Below are positions 1-11,300 of a stretch of 31,612 bases of DNA, one piece after another; position 1 is the stretch's first letter, and each line of letters starts with the position of its first letter. Position numbers and translations under genes: made by a program. The stretch is from contig NW_021832211.1 of assembly GCF_006345805.1 (NCBI RefSeq), forward strand, positions 1 through 31,612, written 5' to 3'. The notes under the pieces were generated by a model, which was given only the letters and a program-made list of their open reading frames with translations, made no database searches and had not been told where the DNA came from. The DNA is from Octopus sinensis (taxonomy: Eukaryota).

Positions 1-214
1 TTAAGTGTGTTGTGTACCAAGATTAAAGTACGTGGAAAATCGCCAGGTTTCGATCTGGCATTCGGTGAGGTTACAAACCTTGTTATCGAGGAACATGTCT
101 TATCGCTCAACAGTGTTTATAGAAAGATACACTCGCTTCGATGGTGAATCACAAATTTCTAGTTTACTGTCTTTCTTCCTTTCTCTCTTTCTTACCTTAC
201 TTTCTTTTAATTAT

Positions 215-350
215 AGACATAAGAAGCGAGTGCTCAACTGGTGCTTATTTTATCGATCGCCAAAGGCAGAATTTGAACTCAGAATGTAAAACCGGAAGAA
301 ATGCCGCCAAGCATTTTGTCCGGTATTCTAACAATGTTGCCAACCCGCTG
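215..350 (-). mobile_element. Degenerate SINE family B copy
   Basis: Similar to the 3872-4105, 14700-14931 and 20296-20528 copies (gaatttgaactcagaa..., gaaatgccgccaagcatttt). Confidence 0.7.
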
Positions 351-400
351 TCTTATTCTTGCCTTTCTTCATATGCTGTTATTAGAATATTTATAAATAT

Positions 401-862
401 TCCATTCGAGCGTAATGCACCATTCGAGCGTGATCGTTACCAGCGTCACCTTACTGGCACTTGTGCCCTTGTGCCCTTGCTAGTAGGGTGCCAAGAGCAC
501 CATCCGAGCGTGATCGTTGCCAGAGCAGCCAACTGGCTTCCGTGCCAGTGGCACGCAAAAGGGCATCATTTGAGCATGATTGTTACCAACGTCGCCTCAC
601 TGGCACTTGTGCTGGTGGCATGTGTAAAAGGATTCGAGTGAGGTCGTTGCCAGTACCGCCTGACTGGCCCCCGTGCCGGTGGCACGTAAAAAGCACCCAC
701 TACACTCTCGGAGTGGTTGGCGTTAGGAAGGGCATCCAGTTGTAGAAACTCTGCCAAATCAAGATTGGAGCCTGGTGCAGCCATCTGTTTCGCCAGCCCT
801 CAGTCAAAATCGTCCAACCCATGCTAGTATGGAAAGCAGACGTTAAACGATGATGATGATGC
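401..862 (+). mobile_element. 3' part of an RTE-type LINE/SINE with ~60-bp internal tandem subrepeats and (GAT)n tail
   Basis: Repeated ttcgagcgtgatcgttaccag...ctggcac units, then gggcatccag.tgtagaaac and gacgttaaacgatgatgatgat end; clade assignment from memory. Confidence 0.65.
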
Positions 863-1309
863 TGATTCCAGTTTGAGTGATAGCCATCCTTCATGCAGCA
901 CCAACAACCCGCCTTTGAGTGCCTTTATTCGAGTGGAAGACCACCCATTCGTCATCCAGTTTAACACCACCCATTCGTCATCAACATTTTAACAGCGCTA
1001 GATGGTGGTATTAGATAAAACCGCTGTTTTTTATTTTTTGGTTTTTATTAACTCTGGGTTGTGGTTTTTATTAAAGTCTGGGGTTTTTTTGGTTTTTATT
1101 AAACTCACAGTATTTCGTTTTGCAACCATAATCAATAACCAAATATATTACAGCCTTACAAATCAATACTGTATCTCATCTTGTGTTAGCAGTGCAATAT
1201 TTTAACTTTCACACTTATCTCTATTGATTTTCTATAGAACTGTGTTATGCCGCTAAATCTAGTGGATATTTAAGCAATGTGTTCGTGGATTGTTGATGAG
1301 CTGGATGTA

Positions 1310-1350
1310 GTACTGATGAAAGCGCAATAACTTTTGAAATGTGTATATAC
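1310..1350 (+). ncRNA. Minimal type-I hammerhead-like motif (canonical core, probably decayed)
   Basis: gta-CTGATGA-aag..ctttt-GAAA-tgtgta-TA-tac; stem I gta/tac. Confidence 0.4.
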
Positions 1351-1559
1351 ACCCATTACCTATTTTCTATCTTCTATCGTACTGTTTACATAGACGTATT
1401 CGTTTACAAAACAGAGTATTGACTCGTAAGCCTGTAATATACTTGGCAGTATATAATGGTTGCAAAACGAATTTCTGTGTCCTTGCCAGCAATTAATACA
1501 ACAGCAATTAATCTCATGGATGCGAATATAACTTGCAATGGAACAATAATTTCTCACGA

Positions 1560-1860
1560 GTAAATTTCTGTGCACTTCTACACCAAAACAATTAAAAAAA
1601 GGAACATTGTTTTCGCGTGTCGCAATTAAAATCATGTTGTTATAATCCGTTAATAGACAGGCTTCCTTCCGGTCAGTGCACGAGCCTTCTTTTCTTCATG
1701 ACAACACCAGAACCATAGATTTATTGTCTATTCGTGATACACGCAAAGTGTTCTTGTATTTTTACTGCGCATTTGTCCACTACCTGCTTTGTCATTTTCA
1801 GGATGTCTCGCCTTCACATTCCATTCCTACTTGTCTTAATACTTCTCCAGCTTGAAACAG
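1560..1860 (-). pseudogene. Possible highly decayed piggyBac-like transposase C-terminal Cys-rich remnant
   Basis: Frameshifted peptides KNTRTLCVY / YGSGVVMKKRRLVH / ENNVPFFNCFGVEVH resemble PGBD C-termini; weak. Confidence 0.25.
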
Positions 1861-2294
1861 CATCCTAATATCACATGCTTGTTGCAATGATCGTTTTATT
1901 TACTGCATTAAAATTCGAGTGCAGCGAACAAAACGAGCATTGTTTGCTGAAATTCATTTTGGGTGGTATTTATCAAGTGTGTCACGACTTCGACCAAAAT
2001 TTTATTCCATGGGAACAGATTTTTGGCTCAGCGTCAAAAACTCTTTATTTTGCAATCGGGCTTGCTAATAGATTAAATATAAATATTAACAAGTAAGATT
2101 AAAGATTTAACTAAAAGAATTTCGGTCAAAGATGGTCTTAATTTTTGCTTTTTAAGTTGGTACCACTCAGTAGAGTCAGCAACTGTTCCAATAGTTATTC
2201 TCATATCACTTTGGCAAACAGTTTTTACCACAAATGCTAGTTGTAGCTTGAATCAAATGCAGCAGCTCTGAGAGGTCAGATCAAAGATCATATA

Positions 2295-2497
2295 TTCCGC
2301 CGAGGTCGACTTTGCCTTTCATCCTTTCGGGGTCGATAAATTAAGTACCAGTTGAATAGGTATCTAAGGCGTCTACCAAATCCACTCACAAGGCTTTAGT
2401 CGGCTATTATAGAAGACACTTGCTGAAGGTGCCACGCAGTGGGACTGAAACCAGGACCATGTGGCTGGTAAGCAAGCTACTTACCACACAGTGCCTA
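2295..2497. mobile_element. SINE-B fragment (+, 2295-2355) followed by SINE-A head (-, 2371-2497)
   Basis: Near identity to other copies in the window. Confidence 0.8.
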
Positions 2498-2550
2498 GAG
2501 TAGAAAAGAATACATAAATAAATAAATATATATAAATATATATATATATT

Positions 2551-2739
2551 TCTATTCTTTTAGTGGTTTCAGTAATTTTACTGCGGCCATGCTGGAGCAC
2601 CACCTTTAGTCAAAGAAATCGACCCCTGAACTTATTCTTTGTAAGCCTAGTACTTATTCTATCGGTTCTCTTTTACCGAACCGCTAAGTAACGGGGACGT
2701 AAACAGACCAACATCGGTTGTCAAGCGATGTTGGAGAGA

Positions 2740-2834
<95 letters not shown>

Positions 2835-2960
2835 GACGGGCTTCTTTCAGTTTCCATCTATCAAATCTACTCAGAAGGCTTTGGTCGGCCCGAGTGGGAC
2901 TGAACCCAGAACCATGTCGTTGGGAAGCAAGTTTCTTACCACACAGCTACGCCTGCGCCT
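2551..2960 (-). mobile_element. SINE family A (tRNA-like head, internal microsatellite, 3' body)
   Basis: ggcgcaggcgtagctgtgtggtaag head; internal (CA)n/(TA)n; ccagcatggccgcagt tail. Confidence 0.88.
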
Positions 2961-3871
2961 ATTCATATGTATATGTACAAACACATACACACACACACAC
3001 CACACACACACACACACACACCACACACACATACACACACTCATGTTCACATATGGAGATGGTCGGATGAGATTTGAGAGAGATTTGGCTGTCATTTCTA
3101 GGAAACCAGCCGACAACGCACAGGATCCTGTACTGCCGCCCTTCCTGTCGCCGCCACCACCACCTCCACTGTATTTTCTTCTTGTTCCAAAAAGGAAGAA
3201 GTATCGTTGTTTTGGCGAGAAATGAAAGAAGGATTATAAAAGTGAGGCCATTGACATTTTGTTTAACGAAAAACATCCGGGTCTTACCGAGATGTCGAAT
3301 GCTGATTTGAATAAACGTAAAGTTTTCGAAAATGCAGTGTACTGCTCTAGTTTATTGTTGATGTCACTGCTTTGTTTGATTGCTTGTTTGTTTGTTTGTT
3401 TATTTGTTGAGCGTCTCAGGACTGTCTGCAGTCCGAAACGTGGTCCTTTGCTATTCGTAAGACCCGCAGAAGAGAAAGCAGGACAACCCCCCGACACCGA
3501 GAGCATCGACGGATGGATGAATGCGCATCCAGGCTTCAAATAACAAATACAATTAGAGTAAAGTGACAGAGTATAGTGGAAAAACATAAAAAGTGGAGAA
3601 TTATGTATCCGTTTAATTAGCTTATGCACGTTTCAGATACTTCGGCAAATTCCAAAATCATATCAACCAATGTCGTATTTGATTGAGTAATACTGTATGT
3701 AGACAGAAAAATTAAACACCATATTATCCTTATCAAAGCTGTACCACCCAGCTTGGAGTAAAAAGCGTTTGAAAGAGACAGGACTAAAACCAAAAATACT
3801 TGGTCAGTATAAGGAGTAAGGGACGTATCTCAGCAGACCTACTTTGGAATTTCATTATCAGGTCAAGCTAC

Positions 3872-4105
3872 AAGGCAGCAAGCTGGCAGAATCGTTAGCA
3901 CGCCGGGCGAAATGCGTAGCCGTATTTCGTCCGCCGCTGCGTTCTGAGTTCAAATTCCGCTGCGGTCGACTTTGCCTTTCATCCTTTCGGGGTCGATTAA
4001 ATAAGTACCAATTACGCACTGGGGTCGATATAATCGACTTAATCCATTTGTCTGTTCTTGTTTGTCCCCTCTGTGTTTAGCCCCTTGTGGGTAGTAAAGA
4101 AATAA
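3872..4105 (+). mobile_element. SINE family B, full length
   Basis: A-box-like agctggcagaatcg, B-box gagttcaaattcc; highly similar to four other full copies in the window. Confidence 0.9.
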
Positions 4106-4241
4106 GAAACTGAAAGGAAGCTCGACACACACACGCACACACACACACACATACACACATACACACATACACACACATATATACAGATGTGTGTGTGTTT
4201 TTATGTATGTTTGTGTATATGTATGTATATGTGTGTGCCTC

Positions 4242-4331
<90 letters not shown>

Positions 4332-4579
4332 TGCCTCCATCACTAAAATAGGCTGAATGTCATGTCAGCCGTGATGCCAAACCACCCGCATCCAAACCTC
4401 CAAAACAGTTCTCCCCAAAAGACCGTTTCCTTGTGGTAAGCCGAGCCGGCACCTGAAACAACCAACAATACATAATAAGCACAAACAAGCCAAACTCGTT
4501 CTCTCGCCAAACGATAACCAATAATACTTCACTGTCAAGAGGAGTAGAGGTCAACAAATGTTCAGATCTGAAGAGTTCG

Positions 4580-4900
4580 CTTAACCATGAGGAGGAAGTC
4601 CAATTTCCTGCCTTTAGATAGGCTCCAACATACTATAAATGTATGTTGGAGGTCATCTCAACAGAGAGTGTTTGAATCATTTAATTTACTGACTTACTAT
4701 GTCGGATGTACTTCGAAATCCATTGATGATGATTCGTTGAGTCGGAGCATATTGTATTTCATACTGCTGGGCCTCTATTCCTCTAAGCCGTCCCGGAAAT
4801 AATCGCTGGCGATGGAGTTCTTGTTATATTGAGGACATGTTTACCAACACATATATTCGAGTCGGCCGAAAAAGGAATTTTAGCAGAGGCTAAAATAGAG
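4580..4900 (+). pseudogene. Decayed Penelope-like GIY-YIG endonuclease fragment
   Basis: Frameshifted RRKSN..PLD / YYKCMLEV / TYYVGCTSKSI resembles the C..CPL..C..IYKC...YIG.T layout of PLE endonucleases. Confidence 0.4.
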
Positions 4901-4980
4901 AAGAAGCATTAAAATGTGTGAGTAGATGTGTGTGTGTGTCTGTGTGTCTGTGTCTCTCTCTCTCTGTATGTGTGTGTGTG

Positions 4981-5370
4981 TGTGTGATAGACAGTGTTTT
5001 TATGTGTGTATATAAAGCTTATATATACATATATGGGCGCATGTGTTTGTTTGTGTCTGTTTGTGTGTGTGTGATAGAGAGAAATAGAGAGACGGTTTCC
5101 ATGTATGTATATGGGCGTATATATATATAAATACATGTACGTGTGTTTGTGTATGTGCGTGTGTGTGTGTGTGTGTGTGTGTCTGTGTGTGTGTGTGATA
5201 CACAGAGTGTTTTTATGTATGTATATAGGATTATATATACATATATGGACGCGCGTGTTTGTTTGTGTGTGTGATAGAGTGAAATAGAGATACTATTTCC
5301 ATGTATGTATATGGGTGTATATATATAAATACATGTACGTGTGCTTGTGTGCGTGTTTGTGTATGTGCAT
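4981..5370. repeat. Tandem duplication of a ~200-bp microsatellite-rich unit
   Basis: agtgtttttatgt...tacatatatgg...gaaatagaga...tttccatgtatgtatatggg...aaatacatgtacgtgtg occurs twice. Confidence 0.8.
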
Positions 5371-5490
5371 GTGTGTGTGTGTGTATGTGTGTGTGTGTGT
5401 GAGTACGTATTTATATACGTATACATAAGTACATATCTGTATATAAGTGCGTATATATAAATATAAGCATATAGTATATACACATACAAA

Positions 5491-5528
<38 letters not shown>

Positions 5529-5804
5529 TACACACACACACACACATACACACACACACGATATAATTTGTTTATGTCGCTTTCAGGACGCAAAATTCTT
5601 GAAGACATAATGGTCAAAAGAAGCAAAAGACATAACAAAAACTTCTAAAAAGAAAACAAACAAACAAAAGGTAAATAGGAGAAGACACAAAAATGAATCC
5701 ATGTTCAATGAACAACGCACTTCAACACGGTTTTGACAGAGCTTGATCTACAAGAAATAGCTGCTACATCTCCCTCAAATCACACATTACCATCTCAAGA
5801 ACTA

Positions 5805-6684
5805 GCGTTCCGTCGGTTATGCTCACGAAGTTTCCAACTGATCCGAGCATCGGAGCAGGCCCCTCGTGAAATTAAGGTGCAAGTGGCTGGATACTCCACA
5901 GACACGTGTGCCCTTAATTCTCTAAGTAGATTCGGCGTGACACAGAATGCGATAAGGCTGGCCCCTTGAAATACAGGTACCAATCATTTTTGCCAGCTGA
6001 GTGGATTGGAGCAACGTGAAATAAAGAGTCTTGCTCAAGGACACATCACGCGGCTGGGAAGCGAAATTTTTTCCCACGAGGGTTCCGGATCCCAATTATA
6101 AACTCACCTGCATACAACCAATCAGAGCTCAACTATCAAACACTAATTCATGAGCGCATAACAAGTAATGGGCGATAAGACAAGGTCACTTGGGTAAGGA
6201 ATGACCATGTTTCTTTTCACTTTTAATAATGCTTGTTGTTCTTGTTCTTGTTTCAACCATGGCTGCCTCTGCGTAGTTATTTGTGTTGTTGTTTACTTTG
6301 TAAAACAGTAAGGGGGAGAGGGTTGCTAGCACATCACCCCCTACCCACATTTTCCCCATCCGCATCTTTACCATAAGGGCCCCTAACAAAATCCGATTAT
6401 AGGTACAGATGCAAATCTATCTAATTACTTGTCCCCTTCTAAAATCAGGCATAAACTTGGGCGATCGGTCGACTTACAACACCGTTCTTCATCTTGAGTT
6501 TACTTGGTAAAGTGTGTTTGTTAACATAAGGTCAAGGTGAGCTCTGATTGGCTGTATGCAAATGAGTTCATTACTGGGGTCCGGAACTCTCGTGGAGGAA
6601 AAATTCCTCGGCCGAGAATCGAACTCACAACCTTGCGATCGTGAGCCGAATAGTGGTGACCCTAACCAGTAAGCTATGCGCCTT
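5805..6684 (-). mobile_element. Mosaic SINE (family D-type head + family C-type tail) interrupted by a MITE
   Basis: 5805-5980 matches the tail of 8373-8759; 5990-6060 plus 6610-6684 match the head of 12575-12914. Confidence 0.8.
6061..6609. mobile_element. 549-bp MITE with ~70-bp TIRs and diverged 9-bp TSD (Mutator-like)
   Basis: TIRs ~6061-6131 and ~6539-6609; flanks ggctgggaa (6052-60) and ggccgagaa (6610-18); removing it restores the SINE head. Confidence 0.8.
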
Positions 6685-6805
6685 TATATCATCTCAAGAA
6701 AAAGAAAAGAAAGAACACCTTTTACGATGTAGTCCTGCATACACAAAAGCATGAGTTGGTCACAAAAGCATGAGCTGAAACTACAGAAAAAATATATATC
6801 AATAT

Positions 6806-6854
<49 letters not shown>

Positions 6855-6876
6855 GGTGTGTGTGTGTATGTATGCA

Positions 6877-7043
6877 TATACGAGGGCTTCTTGCGGTTTC
6901 CGTCTACCAAACCCACTCACAAGGCTTTGGTCGGCCCGAGGCTATAGTAGAAGACACTCACCCAAGGAGCTACGCAGTGGGACTGAACCCACGACCATGT
7001 GGTTGGTAAGCAAACTACTTACCACACAGCCACTTCTGCGCCT
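6877..7043 (-). mobile_element. SINE family A head
   Basis: Matches other family A copies. Confidence 0.88.
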
Positions 7044-7404
7044 ATCGTTGTGTATCTTTTTATCTCTTTTATTGTTGTTCTACTTTGGAATTTTCTGTTT
7101 GTTTTTCCAAATTGTCGTAAACGAATTTGCATCCTGTAAATAAAACCTGCAACCATTATGTGTGCGCGTGAGTGCATCTGCACTCGCTGTTTTAGTTCCT
7201 TGCAGCGCTGCTGGCTGCAAAGTCTCAATGTCCGTGCACATGCACGCAGTCTAGTCTCCTATCTCCTACCACAGCTGCACAGTCAAATGCTTTGCTCAGT
7301 ATCCATACCTTTTCAAGTTCGCTACCACTGGCATGGCATCTCATGTACACTTCCCCCCCATAAATGCCTATACACACACACACACTCACACACATGCACA
7401 CACT

Positions 7405-7435
<31 letters not shown>

Positions 7436-7500
7436 GTATAAATTCAGCGTACGGTAACGGATTTCCACATGTGTATATACATATATATATATATATATAT

Positions 7501-7635
7501 ATAGTTATCCCCAAGCTAACATGGGAGTCCAGAAAAATAGGGGGAATGCTGCCGTTGATTAGCCCAGCCGAACCTAATCAACGGCAGCATTCGTCCTATT
7601 TTTCTGGACTGCTATGTTAGCTTGGCGATAACTAT
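7501..7635. repeat. Fold-back hairpin, 62-bp arms, 11-nt spacer
   Basis: 7501-7562 versus 7574-7635, 5 mismatches counted by hand. Confidence 0.92.
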
Positions 7636-7687
7636 TGATATCCAGTACCGCTACCGTAGTCTCCTTTAGAGAGAATTAGAAATAATG

Positions 7688-7721
<34 letters not shown>

Positions 7722-7939
7722 ACAACCACACACACACATACACACAAACACACACAAACACACACACACACACACACACATGCCTCCTAGTGCGAGTTTA
7801 ATTCGTTCCATGACCGAGCTCGACTTACGATTTACTCGGTTTACAAATCCATTGAAATTAACTAAAATATAATTAATCCGTTCCAGCCCACCACAACCAC
7901 TGAAAAATAATGTTTTACTTATTTCGAATTTTCTTCTTG

Positions 7940-8780
7940 GTAATCCACGGAGAAAAAAACAGAGAGTACGAATTTTTAAGAATTTTCTTTCTTTTTTCTT
8001 AAAGAAACACTAAAATCTCCTTCCCAACCATCCACCCATCACCTCATCACTTTCAAAAAGCTACAAACTCCCAATGCTTCACTTTTACTTTTATGGAAAG
8101 CGGGGAGGTTTCTTCAGAAATAATGTCGTTTACCTTTTGTTTCTAGCATGTTGGGTTTTTAGGTGGTGCACTAATATTTTTTACATATGCTAGTTCAGTA
8201 CAATTCTACGCATGCGTGAAACATCAGACGAAAGTAAAACATTGGGAGGATTTAGCTTTATGAAAGTAGGTAGGTGAGGTGGAGGAAGGAGCATTGAGTG
8301 TTTCTTTAAGAAAAATTAAACTTTAAAATAAAATATATTTCCGAGATTCGTAATCTCTGTATTTTTCTACATAGTGGAGGCGCAATGGCCCAGTGGTTAG
8401 GGCAGTGGACTCGCGGTCGTAGGATCGCGGTTTCGATTCCCAGACCGGGCATTGTGAGTGTTTATTGAGCGAAAACACCTAAAGCTTCACGAGGCTCCTG
8501 CAGGGGGGGTGGTGAACACTGCTGTACTCTTTCACCACAACTTTCTCTCACTCTTTCTTCCTGTTTCTGTTGTACCTGTATTTCAAAGGGCCAGCCTTGT
8601 CACACTCTGTGTCACGCTGAATCTCCTCGAGAACTACGTTAAGTGTACACGTGTCTGTGGAGTGCTCAGCCACTTGCACGTTAATTCCACGAGCAAGCTG
8701 TTCCGTTGATCGTATCAGCTGGGACCCTCATCGTCGTAACCGACGGAGTGCTCCTTTTTTATTTTTCTACATGGATAAAA
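7940..8780. mobile_element. Old inverted-repeat element (~150-bp degenerate arms), right arm split by a SINE
   Basis: ttttcttaaagaaacact...aaagcta..ctcccaatg..ttttactt mirrored by aagtaaaacattgggag..tagcttt..agtgtttctttaagaaaa. Confidence 0.6.
8373..8759 (+). mobile_element. SINE family C, full length, with 13-bp TSD
   Basis: A box tggcccagtgg, B box ggtttcgattcc; TSD tatttttctacat at 8360-8372 and 8760-8772. Confidence 0.92.
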
Positions 8781-9169
8781 AAAAAACAATTTGTAGAAAA
8801 GTTACAAATTAAGAAATTACGGTGGGGATGGGGCGAAACTAAAATTTTGAAAACGTAATTTCTAGGCAAACTCTCATTACCCCACTTTTATACGATGAAC
8901 CAACACATAGTTTGTGATCCTTCTTAAAAACAGAAAGCATTTTCATGCAAACCCATGCAAATTGTACCCTCCCCACCTTCACTGTTAAACTAACAATAAT
9001 TTCCGTTACGCTGGTAATCCAGTTTCACTATATATCAGCTGTGCCAATTCTACCCATAACAAAGGAACAAATAATACAATATGGCTGTAGGCCAGAAGAA
9101 CTGGGCAACGTCGGGATGCATTTCTAGTGTGTGTGTGTGTATGTATATATATATATATATATACATATA

Positions 9170-9551
9170 TCTCTCTCTATATAAACGGCAGTTTGTCTGT
9201 GCGTGTTTCTGTGTGTCTGTTTTCTTGTACCCTCACCCTGACCACGGCTTTCAACCGATTCTGATGAAACTTGACACACACATAGCCCAATGTCATAATT
9301 TAAAACTAACACAGCGAAAATTTTGAAAAGTTCCCCCAGTTTTGAAAAAAATCGATAAATTCGACATGGGGTCGAGAATCAGAAACACAAACCGCAAACT
9401 GTCTAGGGGACGCAACTCCACCTTTTTTAACTAAAAAAAAAATTACCATCATTTTTTTCCATCTTCTTGCTATTTTTTGGCTATAACTCTCTAAAAATGC
9501 TTTATAGTTATTTCGCTTACAAACCTGAGCAACGCCGGGCGATACTGCTAG
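9170..9551 (+). mobile_element. Non-autonomous Helitron
   Basis: 5' TC(TCTCTCTATATAAA); subterminal GC hairpin cctgagcaacgccggg; 3' CTAG; A|T insertion site, no TSD; related copy at 23538-23977. Confidence 0.82.
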
Positions 9552-9596
9552 TATATATATATACACACACACAAACACATAGTTATGTATGTATGA

Positions 9597-9646
<50 letters not shown>

Positions 9647-9654
9647 TTTTTTTC

Positions 9655-9898
9655 TTTCTTATTTGTTTGTCATTTGACTGCGGCCATGCTGGAGCACGGG
9701 CTTTAGTCGTGCAAATCGACCCCGGAACGTATTCTTTGTAAGCCTAGTACTTATTCTATCGGACCCTCTTGCCGAACCGCTAAGTGACGGGGACGTAAAC
9801 ACACCAGCATCGGTTGTCAAGCGATGTTGGGTGGACAAACACAGACACACAAACATGCACACACACATACACACACACACACACACGCATATATATAT
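9655..9898 (-). mobile_element. SINE family A 3' half, ending at its internal microsatellite
   Basis: Matches other family A copies. Confidence 0.87.
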
Positions 9899-10050
9899 AT
9901 ACAAAATTAAGAGGAATGACCACTAAAGTGGACACTCTATATGCTAAACATAGACGTCAAATCGTCATTACCACGTGGTAATGACGATTTGACGTCTATG
10001 TTTAGCATATAGGGTTTCCACTTTAGTGGTCATTCCTTTTAATTTTGTAT
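9899..10050. repeat. 152-bp spacer-less palindrome centred on CAC|GTG
   Basis: 76-bp arms with 3 mismatches; centre 9974/9975. Confidence 0.95.
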
Positions 10051-10192
10051 GTAACATAATTTATAATCTTCGGGCAACGCACTATGCTAACCCACTAATT
10101 TTAATTGATTAATATCAATTTCTACCCTTATTATTTAATTTTATACACACAGACACACACACACACATACACACACACACACACACATGCGC

Positions 10193-10208
10193 AGATAGAT
10201 AGATAGAT

Positions 10209-10277
<69 letters not shown>
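10193..10277. repeat. (GATA)n microsatellite
   Basis: Read directly. Confidence 0.95.
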
Positions 10278-10372
10278 CACATATAAAATCCTAGGGGCGA
10301 GGTGTAGGAAGAAAGTTGGCTTCAAACAATCCGTAATAAATATGCAAAACAACTTTTAGGAACAATAGTGGT

Positions 10373-10600
10373 TTATTGAGACGAAAGTGCGTGATTTTTT
10401 TTTCTTGTCGAAGTACGATAAATTGAAAAGTGTACTTTTTGTACTTCAAGGTAGACAACCAGGGTTGCCGGGTGTACGAATAAGAATACAAGAGTTGGCA
10501 AACAGAGTAGATAAGATCCGGGTTCCATATATTTCAAAGCGGGTGGAACCTTGGACATGGTAAATATCCAAGCGATGTGTATGCCACAGGATACTCTTCA
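10373..10600 (-). pseudogene. Decayed Penelope-like endonuclease C-terminus
   Basis: GIHIAWIFTMSKVPP..Y..PGSYLLCL...TRKKNHALSS resembles the I.W.IL....PY..GS..C.LCL.EK...CRH.NK..L end of PLE ORFs. Confidence 0.35.
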
Positions 10601-10680
10601 GGCCAAGGGTATCTTGATTGAATGAAAGCTTAGATTGTCACAAGAAGGTACCTGTTAGCACACGGAAGATTCAGTCAGCA

Positions 10681-10728
10681 TGTGTGTGTATGTATGTATG
10701 TATGTATGTATGTATGTATGTATGTATG

Positions 10729-10762
<34 letters not shown>

Positions 10763-11225
10763 TGTATGTATGTATGTATGTATGTATGTATGTATGTACG
10801 TATGTATGTGTGTATGTATGTATGTATGTATGTATGTATGTACGTATGTATGTGTGTACGTATGTATGTGTGTATGTATGTATGTATGTATGTATGTATG
10901 TATGTATGTATGTATGTATGTATGTATGTATGTATGTGTGTATGTATGTATGTATGTATGTATGTATGTATGTGTGTATGTATGTATGTATGTATGTATG
11001 TATGTATGTATGTACGTATGTATGTGTGTATGTATGTATGTATGTATGTATGTATGTACGTATGTATGTGTGTATGTATGTATGTATGTATGTATGTATG
11101 TATGCATGTATGTATGTATGTATGTATGTATGTATGTACGTATGTATGTATGTATGTATGTACGTATGTATGTATGTATGTATGTATGTACGTATGTATG
11201 TATGTATGTATGTATGCATGTATGT
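10681..11225. repeat. ~545-bp (TATG)n array with TACG/TGTG variants, followed by a SINE-A 3' fragment (11225-11300)
   Basis: Read directly; source of the MYVC/HTYI pseudo-ORFs. Confidence 0.97.
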
Positions 11226-11300
11226 CTGTGTTTGTTTCTCATCACTGCTTGACAACCGGCGCTGGTTTGTTTACAACCCCGTAACTTAGCTGTTGGCCAC

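Noticed and set aside
5-289. 94-aa ORF at the window start
   Set aside because: No recognisable domain; it runs through low-complexity sequence into a SINE fragment
401-690. Regularly spaced ~60-bp repeats, superficially CRISPR-like
   Set aside because: Whole units are homologous, there are no unique spacers or cas genes, and they belong to a eukaryotic retroelement 3' region
3419-3445. GGACTG(tctg)CAGTCC-GAAAC-GTG-GTC resembling hammerhead stems II/III
   Set aside because: No CUGANGA-like core upstream
8376-8450. tRNA-like sequence with A and B boxes (also ~12840-12914, ~19775-19849, 31409-31485)
   Set aside because: These are SINE heads followed by SINE bodies, most with TSDs; no intact cloverleaf
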